From Tubulanus polymorphus (lineage: Eukaryota; Animalia; Nemertea): a stretch of 64,000 nucleotides of DNA. The position numbers were made by a program, and so were the translations under genes. The notes below the pieces were generated by a model. It did no database searches, had not been told where the DNA came from, and saw nothing but the letters and a program-made list of their open reading frames with translations. The DNA lies in the NCBI RefSeq assembly GCF_964204645.1, contig NC_134031.1, positions 3,658,001-3,722,000 on the forward strand, given 5' to 3'. Positions 23,301 to 37,699 of this stretch are shown piece after piece. Numbering within the stretch: the stretch's first letter is position 1; each line of letters opens with the position of its first letter.

Positions 23301-26300
23301 AATACTTATACGATCTTCGCGGAAAATTTCTGCGAAAAAAAGACCAATCGAGGAAATGTCGAAATGTTGTATTTGCACATGTTATATTCTGCGCTCTGTC
23401 GGAGCTCTTCGGCGGTGTCAAGATTTCACGAGATTCTTGTAAACACAGCGTTCATGGTTGTCGTATTATATATATTTGTCATCTAGCGCAGTCTCTCTCG
23501 GCGGTCTCTCTCTTTCTCTCTCTTTCTCGTGTGTTTGATGTGTAGCCACCCCGCAACGACGAGATTTATCGGCATTTCTCAGATCAAACATTTCCGCGAT
23601 CAATCTCTCCTTCTGACAAACAACTCTTTCAAGTAAAGAAGTTCACACAGAATTTCAAAGTTCTCCGATGATTACAGTATGTCATCCACGCTCGACGAAA
23701 TACAAAGTACTTTTACAACCGAGAGGTATTCATCGTCCGGCAATTTTCCAAAATATAATCGAAGGCCAAAAAGATCAAATTTATTATATTAAAATTAATT
23801 GTTTTTCATAATTGATTCTCCGGATTCTGGTGGTTTTTGGGCTGTTGATTATATTATCTATTTGCAAAATCTTACTACAATAGCGAAACATAACTTCCTG
23901 GAGGAACTAACTGTAGACTGGCAGCAGCGTTGGTGATGTCATAGAAGAACTACAATAGCCACGATCACACAGAGATTTGGCCCGGGTCATACTAGTCGCA
24001 TCAGATCCTGAATCATATTTGGCACGCGCCTAATTAAAGAGCGAGTTCACAGTAAATCACTCACTCGTCACTGCGTAAAATGTTATCGAAATAATGCTGT
24101 GGCAAGTGCGGTGCGAGTCACATCCAAAACAACTAATTAGCATTCACATGGGAATAATTTGGTAGCGCAAAAATTTTGCAGGGGCCAGGCTGGAAATATT
24201 TGGTCGCGCCAAATTTGTCCTTTGTCGACCCGTTCGGCACCAGCGTGAACGATTGGCTCGATTCGGAACACTCGTCCGACCTTATGTTTAAAACTCATTA
24301 GGAGAATACAAGTTTCTCAGAATTCATCCACGTTTACTTTACATCGTGACACATGAATAATCATCGGCCGACCAGTTTTTCATCATCATTTTTTTTGCGT
24401 CGAGAATAACAACAAGTCCCCGCAGAGAACGTTGTCGTCGTTTGGTTGTGTGCGGTCTCCTCGATTGAGTAAACATCGCAATGTCCACAGTGTTCTCATA
24501 TTTTATGCGCGGTTGTATTTTTCGCGTCGTTGACCAAAGACATCCAACAAGTCACTCTCTCTCTCCTCTCTCTCCGCTCTCTCTCTCTGTCTGCTCTCTC
24601 TCCAGGGGTTCAGTCGATCGGAAGAAACCTCGTGTATGTACAACACAAACAACCACTCATCTCAAACAATTCCCGGCTTTTTCCCCCCCCGTGTAGTATC
24701 AACGGTCCGCCGTGATCAACCGACATCTTAGAGAAACCACCGCATCCTGGATGATGTGGTCCTGGATGCGGTTTCATGAAAAAGTTCAAACACTCAAAAC
24801 GGTTACCATGGGCGTCCGGGGGGGGGGGGGTGTTCGGTAGTTCGAACGAACCCCCTTTTTTGAATTTTCAAACGTCGTTCGAATTGTTTGTTGCCTTCAT
24901 TGAAAACATGAAGCAACCATCAGCAACTTTACCAAAAATTTGATCGTAACATTTTGTGAAACCAGACTTTGCAAATGTATTGAGCTTCTTGAAATGGCTA
25001 TATTTTAAAAATTTCCCTAACTGATGAGAACCATCGGCAAAGATATATCAATTGAGTTTCCATCATGAAAGGGTAGAATTTTGCTCTCTTGATGAAGAAG
25101 TCATTGAGTGAACACGAGCATAGGGTTAAACTATCTGGATTCGCTCTCTTGTTGAAGAAGTCATTCTGCCAGCAGGCTAACTGGCAGGTAAAGGGTTAAA
25201 CTTTTTATATACAGTCGAGATATAGTGCCGAGGGATGGTTCTCGGGTTAACTTTCTCGAGCTGGTGAAGTCATTCTGCTAGTAGGCCAACCGACAGGCAA
25301 AGAGTTGAACTTTTAAGATCAAACCTTTCCAGGAAAACTTTTCAGGAAAGCATTTTCTAAAGATTGCGCTGTAACTGAGCAGTGCCAGGCATCCACCATC
25401 ACCATCATCATCATGGGTCTCCGCAGAGGCATCGACGACGACAGTAGTTGTTAATTGCTTTAATTAATCTCATCTAATTTAAGTCGGTCTTATCTTGATT
25501 AAGTCAATTAAAGCGAACACCGGCGGTAGCGGAGGCTCGTGCATAAAAACTCATCTGCAACGCTCGATAAAAAGAACGACCGCCCGATGAGACAGCGGTA
25601 AATTGATTACCGTTTCCTGACACACACGAGAAGGTAGATACTTAAAAGCCAAGACGTACACCAGAAACAGAAACATAAATGCTGCTTTTCTGCATTGTTC
25701 CAAAACATGAAATATGCTTTACACAAATACTGCCATCACAGGAGCACTATTGACTAGAGCTTCATTTGGCCCATGACGGACAAGGCCCAGATTAACCCGC
25801 TCATGATACCGGTGCCAATTGGACCCGTGCCTGTTGAACATGGGCCAATTGGACCAGGCCTGTTCCCAATTCAAGCATAGGCCAAATCTAATTATACCAT
25901 GCAAATGTTGGTTGTTGAAGTGACTCTCCTCAACTGCCACAGCATCATTTTATCAGTATTTTGGTATCGACTGAGTGACATCATATGTGTGAAAACATGC
26001 TCTCGATAGGCACGAGTCAAGACTCAGATCCGGTCCGGACCAGTTCAGACCAGTTCGGACCTGGGTCGACGCATCTTGTCACTGCAGCTTTAGTTTGATG
26101 ACTCAAACCATAGATGAAACAAAACAAATGCCTCCCGCAGATTACAAGATACGAATGGACGACATCTCATCTCAGAGACGAACGCAATCAAAAAACGAAA
26201 TTAGTAAAACGAAAAAAAAACTGATTTGTTTACACGGGTCGTTCAGGGCCGGAAAAAAGCAACGCAATTCAATTCACCGACTTCAAAGATGCAAACTCCC

Positions 26301-27937
26301 AATCAACACGGGTTAATCTTCTTCATAAACCCCTCAGGCGTCGACGGCGATGCGCTTTTTTCGCACGGCGGTACCGCGGATCAATTTACCGTAATTACCG
26401 ATGAAATAAGTTCGGCGCGTCCTTTTGAACCGAGCGGCGCGCGAAGAAAAATCGACAAAACTCATTTAGTCGGTTTCCATCGATCCGCCGATGATCGCGA
26501 TCATCACGGCCGAAGCCCTCGGTAAACGAACGTTTATCTAACGCGACGATCGGTAATTATTCCGGAGATGTCGCAATCTCGCCCCCCCCCTTAGTTCCTA
26601 TCCTCCCTGAAATCGTTAGCAACAACGACAACTTTTGAAGACGGAAATCTATCCGCGAAGAAAAGACGAATCCTTAAAAGCGTCGACTTTGAGCGAGACG
26701 TATTCAAACGGCTAATCAAGCCTCATATCTCTTATTTCCGCGTATGAATTTAAAAGTAGCTTTCTCTTCTTAGTTGAGGGTATTCCGTTCATTTTCAACG
26801 CGTTTCGAAATATTCCAAAAACTTTCATCTTCGATCTCGTTTCAAAGCTAGATCTATTCCCGAATGGTTTGATGCGTTCGAAAAATTTTTCTCAAGTTCG
26901 CGCCTTTTGGATTCTTTTCCATCGTTTATTTCCAAAATCATTTTTGAAGCGCCGGGATTATCTTGAAACTTAGTGCATTTCCGTTTTTCACAAAACCTTT
27001 TCTACTCATTCAGATTATTATTTTTAAATGCGCCTTTGATTTCTTGTGAAGATAATAAGCATTATAATTCGGTGCCTTTTGATCTTTTGTGACGTTTCTT
27101 TCGAACAAGGTTCGATTTTTCTTATTAACTACGCACCATGAAGAAATTTGCACCTTTGATTTCACTTGAACCCTTTTCAATGCGTTCTCAAAGCCTTTAG
27201 ATGTTGATGTTTTACGACCATTTCTCAAAAAAATATTTCAGAGTTTGATTTTTTTTCATTACACTCTGCGCGACGTCATCAGGGTTTAACCGATAATTGA
27301 AGTTTATCGCTCTCGACGCTTTTCAATGGCCGCCGCCGCCGTATTCGATTGGAGTTTAATCAGTTTAAGCGCCGCGCATTTCTCGCGTCGCGCGGCACCA
27401 CCGCGGATCGTAAAACAATTTACGAGCAACTTTACACATACGGAATTAATAATCGCGGCGCTCTTACTGGCGAAAAATGATTGATTAAGTTTCTTCAAAT
27501 TCGAAAACTGATTCGCAGACGAGTCGTAGAAGTGAATGACTGCTGACTAGATGTAAGATTGGCTATAGAACTATAAGTTCATCTCAAACTGGTTTTAAAC
27601 CTAAGCTATAACTAAGGAACGAGCCCCAGCGCTACCAACCTCTGATCGGCAACGAGTTGAATTGAATTTTCAGGAATTTTTTTCTTTTCGGTAACATTTC
27701 ATTGAAACATGAAAGAAAATGTTCAAATTCGTCAATAATCTATGGCAAAAATCCCGAAGTAACATCTTTCACATTCCTGTCTAGCATCATAACGAATGAA
27801 ACCTAGTATTTCTAGGAAGAAACTGAAAATCAGGAATGGTTAGGGGCAGTTCTGATTCATACGGCTTGTTTAAACTAAAGACATGGCCAATTTTGGACTT
27901 TTGACTAACTAATCTGATTTCCGACCATAGTTTCCAA

Positions 27938-28451
27938 TCACGATTGGTAGAACACTATATCCGTGTTGACGCGATGAGGAGAGAATGCCACAATGATAAT
28001 AAAAAGTCCGAAAATGGAACTTCGAGATAGTAGTTTATTTCAACGTTTCGACTATATCCTAATAGTCATCTTCAGGAATAATGAGATACTACAGAAATTA
28101 TGAGGTATATATACAATCCAGAGACAAAGAGACTAATTCAAGTAATCAGAGATGATACAAACTAAAGGAAAATTAACGTAGAAACAGTTACACGCTAAAA
28201 TAGATTAAAGGGAAGCAAACTAAGGGGTGATTATAAACAACAATAGTGAGTATAAATATAAATGAAACTTAAAGTCAGTAGTAAAAAGAAAGACAAACTA
28301 GGGGGCACTTAAATTAAAACAATTTCGTCTCTGACTTAACTTGTATTCACGTTTGTTTTAATTTAAGTGCCCCCTAGTTTGTCTTTCTTTCGAAGTTTCT
28401 CTTGAAGTTTCATTTTCGGACTTTTTATTATCATTGTGGGATTCTCTCCTC
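27938..28451 (-). mobile_element. Penelope-like remnant with inverted end
   Basis: Flanking direct repeat CATAGTTTCCAATCA (27926-27940 and 28451-28465, partly overlapping the termini); body homologous to 1045-1811. Confidence 0.85.
28035..28081 (-). ncRNA. Minimal hammerhead ribozyme copy
   Basis: Same core and stem II as the other copies; one extra A in the 3' strand of stem I. Confidence 0.7.
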
Positions 28452-29149
28452 ATAGTTTCCAATCAATTCAGATTAATTTTGCGGCAAATGAAGGTTGAGG
28501 ACATTTCCATTACCAACTCAGATCTTCTGACCCCGAAGAAACTCCAAAAGAGAACTAACTTTAATCAAAATCGAGATTGAAAATTAATAAAAAATTTTTC
28601 AGCCGATATCGTCGAGCTTCTTTAAACGGTAAGTAGCGTATCGGTGGCATTAGGGAGGTTTCATAGTCACCTCGAAATATTCGTCCCCGCAATTTAAACT
28701 AAGACCGAGTTTAATTTCGAGATCTCGAGCGCCGGTTTCATCGCGAACGCTTTACGTAAATATTAAATACAATCGCCATGGCAACGGTACGCTACGATTG
28801 AAAAAAAAAATCCACCGATTTGCCGAGAGCGCGCGCGTCGACGCGAATTCGATTTATCGCGAAAAGAAAAAATCGAACCGTCCCGTCGTCGCGCGGTGCG
28901 TTGATTACGTTTCGCCGTGATTACCGTCGACGATCGCAGCCCGACCGACGTCGACGTCGGAATTGAGTTTAATTCGATGAAATTGAAGATCAAACTTCAA
29001 TTTCACCTCTTTTGATCGTCGTTCGTGACGACGTGTAAAACGAAACTTCAAATACAGTAAGAGTTAAAGTAGATCTACGAGCGTTTATCTAGTACACAGT
29101 ATCTTGAATCTCGTATCAGGTCATATACCAGTCACAGTATATAGACCCC

Positions 29150-30062
29150 CACTATCCTTCCCTCACAGGGATTTGAACCTGACGGTATCATGAGACTCTA
29201 CCGCAGTACAAACCCCTGCCCTAGTAGACACATCCTTCCTCACAGGGATTTGAAGCTGATGGCATCTCGAGACTCTGTCACAGTACAAACCCCTGCCCCA
29301 GTAGACACATCCTCCCTCACAGAGATTTGAAGCTGTTATCATCTTGAGACTCTGTCACAGTACAAACCCCTGCCCTAGTAGACACATCCTTCCTCACAGG
29401 GATTTGAAGCTGATGGCATCTCGAGACTCTGTCACAGTACAAACCCCTGCCCCAGTAGACACATCCTCCCTCACAGGGATTTGAAGCTGTTATCATCTTG
29501 AGACTCTGTCACAGTACAAACCCCTGCCCCAGTAGACACATCCTCCCTCACAGGGATTTGAAGCTGTTATCATCTTGAGACTCTGTCAAAGTACAAACCC
29601 CTGCCCCAGTAGACACATCCTCCCTCACAGGGATTTGAAGCTGTTATCATCTTGAGACTCTGTCACAGTACAAACCCCTGCCCCAGTAGACACATCCTCC
29701 CTCACAGGGATTTGAACCTGATGGCATCTCGAGACTCTGTCACAGTACAAACCCCAGCCCCAGTAGACACATCCTTCCTCACAGGGATTTGAAGCTGATG
29801 GCATCTCGAGACTCTGTTACAGTACAAACCCCTGCCCCAGTAGACACATCCTTCCTCACAGGGATTTGAAGCTGATGGCATCTCGAGACTACCGCAGTAT
29901 ACAAACCCCTGCCGTAGGAACACCCATCATCCTCCCTCACAGGGATTTGAAGCTGATATCATCTTGAGACTCTGTCACAGTACAAACCCCTGTCCTAGTA
30001 AACACATCCTCCCTCACAGAGATTTGAACCTGATGTCAACATGAGACTCAGCCACAGTACAA
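29150..30062. repeat. 77-bp tandem repeat, about 12 copies; degenerate relatives near 15190-15310, 49510-50160, 59490-59600 and 60280-60580
   Basis: Unit cctcacagggatttgaagctgatggcatctcgagactctgtcacagtacaaacccctgccccagtagacacatcctc. Confidence 0.95.
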
Positions 30063-33000
30063 TCTGCCAGACCAATCCCATTTACTTAAAGGGATATGCA
30101 CCAGATAGCATCGTAAGACTCTGCAACGCTATGAACTAGTAGACACCATCTATTTGATTGTGAGAGACCATTTCTAAAGTACGCATATATCCATGGGGGA
30201 GGCGTGTGAATTTGGCCACTCTGTACGTACATGGGGAAGACTACATGGGGAAGACGGCCGTTGCATATCAGGCTGCAGTTCCTACTCTAGCAGGGCTTCG
30301 CATGCAATGGGTGATTCAAAAGATTATGACGAACAGGCGCCACATTTCTCCATCAGCCGGCCATTAACATCCATTTTTAACCAGGCCGAAACTTTTCAAG
30401 GGAAGAAAAATTAAAAAGAAAAAGCCGATCGATCCAAGGACACTAGAATTCGATCCCCGTCGTACGGGGCCGGAAATTCCCCTGATTACGATTGCGACTC
30501 GTTAATGAACATATAGGGAAATCATCAAGTGATGGATAAGTGGAAGATATCCACGTCTTAATTAAGATAAATCACCTCGCGTCGTAGAACGGGGGCGGAC
30601 GAAAGAACATCGTTTCAACCTCTCTCTCTCTCACTGCAGATCCTGGCAGCAAAAACACCGGTGTGTTGTTGTTGTTGTTCGACGGGAATATCCGATAGAA
30701 AAATCTCAAATATGAGGAACATCTGTAAATTTTGTTATGTGTTTCAACATATCTCAATTCGTATTAAATATACATGCGTTCTTACGCTGAAAACTATGAT
30801 GCTCATAGTATCACAGATAGGAATCGTCTCAAATCTTTGTTGTTAGTTGGACTTCAGAAACAAAATGGGCTTCGAGTGGTCTTGATAAAGTTAGACGGGG
30901 AAGAGAATGGTCTTAATTAGTTAGATCGTACCAATACAAGGCATCGACTTGTCTTACGTCAAAGCCTTGATTGTGGAACTGTTTCAAGGTTTTCATAAAC
31001 CGTGTTTTGAAGAAAACCTGCAGGGTTCTTACTGTTTACCAGGGGCGGATCCAAGGCCTACTTTCGAAGGTCTTGTGAAGGTCTTGTGACGTAATTTTTG
31101 ACACAATTGCAGGTAAAATGCATCCAACAACAAATCTTAGTAGGAAACTTGTCATTATCCAACCATAATATGCAAGGAGGTTTATATATAACAGACCATT
31201 TGATAAGGCAGTATAGTAAGTAAAAAGAGTTGATTGAGAAAAGGGCAACTCAAAACATTTCAGGGTCTTGTACAAGGCCAACGAGACAACAGCCCGGATT
31301 TAGCTAGGAAGAAAATATTTCAAATATTGAGGTCATTTAGATAATCAAAAATGAGCGAGGATCGAAATTAAATCCGGTTTCAACTCATCACAAACAAAGT
31401 TGTTTATACTGAGAAATTAATGATGCTGTTTTAAATAAACATCGACGCAAGCACGCCGTGAGTTGTGTCTCGTAGAAAAATAAATGCGATCCATACATAA
31501 TAACTGGAAACATAGTTGGCAAGGAACGTATAAGATAAATAGGGAGCCTCTAGTTATAATCAGATAACAATGTAACTTCACGTGAATATAAATATAGACT
31601 AAACAATCCAAAAATGGAAATATTGATCGTGTATACTTGAAATGATCGATCGTCAACAGACAACAATAAACAGCAGCCGGCTGTTCGGTTTGATGTCAAA
31701 TGAAGACATCGAATCAACTGTTAGCGCTATTACCAGACGACTAATTATTGGGGAACGTACAAAGCTACCGTGACTATCCACCAGATGTCGCTAGTAGTTA
31801 TTCGGTCTTCTGCCTTTGATTTCCTTTACATTTCGATTAAAATCGAATCAAATTTGCTCTTCTATAAATGAATACCAATCACGGATGAGAGAAATGAATT
31901 TAATCTATGGTTTATGGGTCCTGCGATAATGTATGGATTCGGAAGCCTAAAAATTCAGTTCCAAGTTGATTGAAAAGTAATTTTGACGGATGCTCGTCAC
32001 ACCATCTGGCACAGGTGATATTCGGAAATTTCCGAGATTTGGACTGGTGGACAGATGAAAATGAAATCTAAGAACAGCTGAAAAGCTTTCCTTTCAAAAC
32101 AATAAACTTCCCTAAAACTAGTAAATATTTCCTGTTATTCAGTGCAATGAACGTAAACATGTTTCCTCAACAAACGCCACCATCAACTACTTGATTTAAC
32201 TTTTTTGAGGTAACTCAGTTCCCGCTAAATGGCGCCAAATAATATCCAGTCTGTTTCAGGCAGTTTTTAAGTGTATGTTAATTATGAGTTAATGCCACAA
32301 TATGTGAACCAGCTTCCAAAAACAAACATCTGCGTTGTTTTACCATTACGCCGAACAAACCACATCGGCTTATCAACTTTAGTCATCCATCTTATTTAAT
32401 TCGTTCATCGTCTAGAATGAACTTCTATTTTCCTACGTAATAACTCGCGCGATAAAACGGTCCATCATCATGGCACAGCCACACGGTACTATATACTATC
32501 TAAATGACTTTCTTACCGAAGAAAAGTAACTGTTGGCTTTCAGTAACGCGCGCACATCTGGAACTCCTGCAACTCGGTATTGTAGGTTTTCACCAAAGAT
32601 TTCAGAGCCACTTCACCTGAACGCAAGGTCTATCCATCATCTGGTCGATGAGCATCTTAATCATGAGATGGTAGTCAGCGGGTTGCTACATGAGGCCGGC
32701 CACATGTCCACGGCCTCGAATGAGCATCAAAACTTATGGCGAATCTAAAAACTTTTAAGTCAATCGGAGATTACAAAAATATATTTCACCTATAATGGCT
32801 ATTAGGCCGAGCACCGGTCGCCCAATTCTCTGCGACAACCAGAAACCATTAAATCGCAAGACAGCGTCAACCTATGTGGCCTTCAGACTACCAGCGGTGC
32901 AAGATATCATGAAACACACATGTTCTATTCTACTTTTTCTGCTAAGTGATATGACCGTCCCTCCATTCGGATTAGAGCATTTCACTAGTTCATGAATATC

Positions 33001-33742
33001 AAAACTGTCTGCTTATCGGCTACCTAACTGCCATAGTCACATCATTTGCGACTGTTGAAGTGGCACAAATATTCTCAAAAGTTGGACTGATTCTGAAAGT
33101 GATACTGGCGCCGCCAGTGAAATTCATATTCAAGACCGTGTTACTAACCGGAGCAACAAAACTCATAAAAACGCCCGAAAATTGTTACAACCAACAACAA
33201 CGAGATATATCAATTTTCAAGACAACAGGCTGTTCGGGATTATTTTCGCAATCAATCTATTTCTACCACGGAAATGGCACTCAACCCTCGAGGGCTCGGT
33301 ATCACAACAACATCCATTACTAATATTCTAATATAAACTCCTATTACGCCATGTTCATCATATATCGCCGATCCGATATATATATATCTATCATTTATCG
33401 GATTGGTCGTGACTTTCCTTGTTTACGAGCGAACAACTCGAGTTCCCTATAGAGGGTCTGATTACGGTCTAGTAATATCATAACTATCCCCGCACGGACG
33501 TCACAACTATTTGTTCTAAAATGAGATAAGTTCATTAGATGCGGCGGTTTTCATGATATATGTGACTCTTTTTACATACGACGACGGGAAGCTTTCACAG
33601 ACTTTCAAACTTTCACCGTAGCTTCATTAATATAGGGGGATTTTCACTGATCCGGATGATAAAGCATTCTGAGCCGGTCTTTTGTGCACTGGTTTCTCCA
33701 AACAGTCGTCTTGTCAATCCGGGGGGGATCCAGGTTTTCACT

Positions 33743-34328
33743 CGTGGTAGCAGTCGGTCAGTCAGTCTTTCACTGGTCTCTCATCAATCCAGGGTTCATG
33801 TGTTTGTTGGAATGCTGGTGGTAGCAGTCAGTCAGTCTTTCACTGGTCTCTCATCAATCCAGGGTTCGTGTGTTTGAATCCTGGTGGTAGCAGTCAGTCA
33901 GTCTTTCACTGGTCTCTCATCAATCCAGGGTTCGTGTGTTTGAATCCTGGTGGTAGCAGTCAGTCAGTCTTTCACTGGTCTCTCATCAATCCAGGGTTCA
34001 TGTGTTTGAATCCTGGTGGTAGCAGTCAGTCAGTCTTTCACTGGTCTCTCATCAATCCAGGGTTCATGTGTTTGAATCCTGGTGGTAGCAGTCAGTCTTT
34101 CACTGGTCTCTCATCAATCCAGGGTTCATGTGTTTGAATCCTGGTGGTAGCAGTCAGTCAGTCTTTCACTGGTCTCTCATCAATCCAGGGTTCATGTGTT
34201 TGAATCCTGGTGGTAACAGTCAGCCAGTTATTCACTGGTCTCTCATCAATCCAGGATTCATGAGTTTGAATCCTGGTGGCAGTAGTCAGTCAATGCTGAC
34301 TTATGGGTTCATCTCCTGGTGGCAGCAA
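33743..34328. repeat. 66-bp tandem repeat, about 8-9 copies
   Basis: Unit ggtggtagcagtcagtcagtctttcactggtctctcatcaatccagggttcatgtgtttgaatcct. Confidence 0.95.
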
Positions 34329-36188
34329 ATAGTGTTCGGACCTCGGTGTAGGAATCAAACTCTTCCCGGAAAATATATTTCTTAAAGAAGCTACAACTTA
34401 ACATCAGACAAACAGACAAACATCCAGAGATCCTATTTCTGAAGACCAGATCACGAATTCGAGACAGCGTTCAAGACATTCGCGTTTATGACCAAAACAG
34501 AATTCTTCACTTTTATCCGTCGCTACTAGCATTCCAATAACAATCGTTAAACCTCCGAACACTGCTATCTAAGAAAATATCTCTCTCTCTCCCTCTAAGT
34601 AGCTACATCTCTACCGTCTTAGGATAAAACTTTCTGAGAAATCTTTCATCGTCTGCAGCTAACTACTGAGCAGAAGAGCAGCTCACTTCAACAAGCTACA
34701 TGTGCAAGTGATTCTCAGTATTGTAGAGAGTTATAATTCATCATCATTGGCGCGCACAGAACCATGGCTGTACGGAACCGGTACTAACTTATCATCACTA
34801 AAATGAACCTGATCAGGCGCTCACAATTTAAAGCGTCTAATGCCATCATGACAGCCATTACCCTTTTTTCATGTATACCATCCTGATGTCGCTCTTTTCT
34901 CAGGTAGGGCAATAATTAGTTTCATTCAACTCCGATACAACTACTTCAACATAACCCTTTACTTTCATGATACTTAATTGTTCATTAATTGTTTAGAATT
35001 CGAATAAACTCTGAAGAGATGTCAGGAAAACTGAATCTATAGATATCATCGTTTCATCGATGTAATGGGTTTTTTTAACACTATCAGTTCACCTAGGAGA
35101 AACCTGACATATTTCTAAACAAAAATTTCTGACCCGACCCTTAAAATATGTTCGTTCAATCGCTCGATTCAGGAACATTTTTACAAAATCCGATTCGAGC
35201 CGAGTCTTATGCGCACCCCAACTCGCTCTCGAGTCGACAAATATTCATGGTCCAAAAATACCAATTTTCTGTACATGTTTATGACAGTTTGAGTACAGTA
35301 TCACGTATACGATGTTTGCCTGCACTGAAACAAACGCATGTAACATGTTTACACCAGTGACAAATACCTGCAAAATGCGTGTTAATAATAATACGCTGAA
35401 CATATTGGAAAAGACTAGAGCAAATATTTAGCGCAATCGCGGTGTAAATTTGCCTTTACTCTTAGGAGCAAATTTACCTATACCAAATCTTAGAATGTGA
35501 TTCAACGATAGAATGATAAAAATATGAGAGAGCATTGTTTGCTACCCCTTGTAAATACACTTCACGAATGCCCCTTAACCCTGAAATGGTTTAAACTATC
35601 AGCTAGGTCCATCTAGGTCCAGGAAAGGTAAGGCTACATTAAAGCCATTATCAAGCGGTGACGTTTTGGCCCAAACTGGCCCACGACAGGCCCGAGTCAA
35701 ATTTTGCTAAGAAACCACCCCTGCAGTTCCCCCCCCCCCCCCCGTACTGCACACACGGCCAAAACCGTTGTTGCAGATGGAACAACAAGAAATGATTTAT
35801 CACTTTTTCTATTTTACCTTACTCTAACGACCAGATGGTTGAAACATCTGCAAAAAACACACACACACTCACCTGCAACGAGAAAAAACATACAGATAAT
35901 GTGAGTTACAAGTTACAAAATAAGCCGATTACTAAAATGAAAACTGCTGCGCGAGCACAAATAAGAGTTAGTTTTTCTATAACATTGGTACAAAAATAAA
36001 CGAAAATTCAAAACAGGTATTTGCCGTTTTTTTTTCCTAGGAGGGGATTGAACCCGCAGGCGTTGGACTCGGGGCAACAGGTCTGAAGTCACAGCAGTTT
36101 CACAGTTAGCAAGCATTTTTTATAATTCATCCTTTTCGTCACTATTTATACCGGTGACAAGGCTTTCGTCTCAGTTCGCCGTGCCCTA

Positions 36189-36191
<3 letters not shown>

Positions 36192-36287
<96 letters not shown>

Positions 36288-36288
36288 T
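36192..36288. repeat. (TA)n microsatellite; others at 42763-42807 (TA) and 50493-50550 (GA)
   Basis: Directly visible. Confidence 0.98.
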
Positions 36289-37699
36289 CTAGTCTTGCAC
36301 GTTTCAATTGTATACAAATATAACAACATACACTAGTATATCTCTGATACACACCGGGAAAATAGAATTATACTTTTTCCTCGGGCATGTATCAACGCTG
36401 ATTGCTATATTTAGATAGATACTCTTGTTCAATCATTAGACACGTACTACCCTAGAGGCTTCTTATTCTACTTTCACATACATATATATATATACCATAC
36501 AATATCCATATTTTGACAGGTAGGTTATTCTATTATATATATGGATATATTTTCTAACCTATCAGTCAAAAGCTGCAACACCTGTCCGATTTTCATATAC
36601 ATTTCGGAAAAAAAATGATTCAGTTATCTTCCCAATATTCCCTGATTGCCTTGGGATATTTCTAAACTCGAAGCATTTAGAATATCACCAGACCCACCAA
36701 ATATGCAATGAGTTCATTTTTATACTCAGAGATTGGCAAAAGCTTTCATTAATAATAGATTGATTCATTAATATTAATTCATTAATACTAGATTAATTCA
36801 TCAATGATAGATTAATTCATTAATAACAGATTAAAAGTTAATTCGACTTTAATTGAAATGTGGTAGAAATTGAATACGGAAGACCGAATGACTACTAGCG
36901 ACACCTGGCGGATCCTTGCTTGCAATAAGTGGAGTAGCATTAGGGGTTCCTCACATTGTAAATCACATTGATTTCCACCATCAAAAATTAAGGCACTAGC
37001 GCGTAATTGCAATACAGGCTAATAAGTCAGGCGCCGTGGACAGAAGTTCGACCGATATTGAAATCCCTGCACAACGCGGCCAGCTCAATCGATTACATTA
37101 ACAAAGTCCAATTTGCGACGAGCCGCGCCGTGCGATCGATTTCGAAAGATTTCAAACGATAATCAGGAAATTTCACATCGATACGGTGATTAACCGCGCG
37201 TCTGCCCCGACGCGCAGACGGACATTAAAATCGATCGAAGCCGATCAATAAAATCTATTGATTGCCTATTGATGATTATCGATAGATAGATAACGCGATT
37301 GATTAAGTAAACGCCGGCGTTGTGACGGTAATGCGCGCTCTCAAATAACTGTTACAGAAAATCAGTCGGGAGTATGAAACGTGGAGGGAGAGAGAGCTTT
37401 AGGAAATGTCATACAAGATCCCGCTGATTGCAAAGATAGGCGCGCCGGTATGGGGAAAAAGAGAGAGAGAAGAGCGTCCATTAAGGAATTGTAAGAGAGC
37501 AGAGGCTATTTTTTCCATGCTTGAATGGTGGAGGCCGAATAAGAAGCAGAGATGCCATGAAGATTGGCAAGACCGGCACGGAATAGTGGCTGCAACCATT
37601 CCAGAGCCAATCAGGCTCATTCTTTAAATGAGAACATTGTGACGATCAAGAAGTGACAGTAAATAACGTATACCCATTTGGGGATAAAACCAGATGACC

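Noticed and set aside
33656-34385. Repetitive ORFs (MCLNPGGSSQSVFHWSLINPGF)n
   Set aside because: 66-bp satellite with frame-breaking 4-bp unit deletions.
36030-36115. tRNA-like segment with a B-box-like motif (also 6455-6475 and 60690-60718)
   Set aside because: No complete cloverleaf; at most degenerate SINE heads, so not called as tRNA genes.
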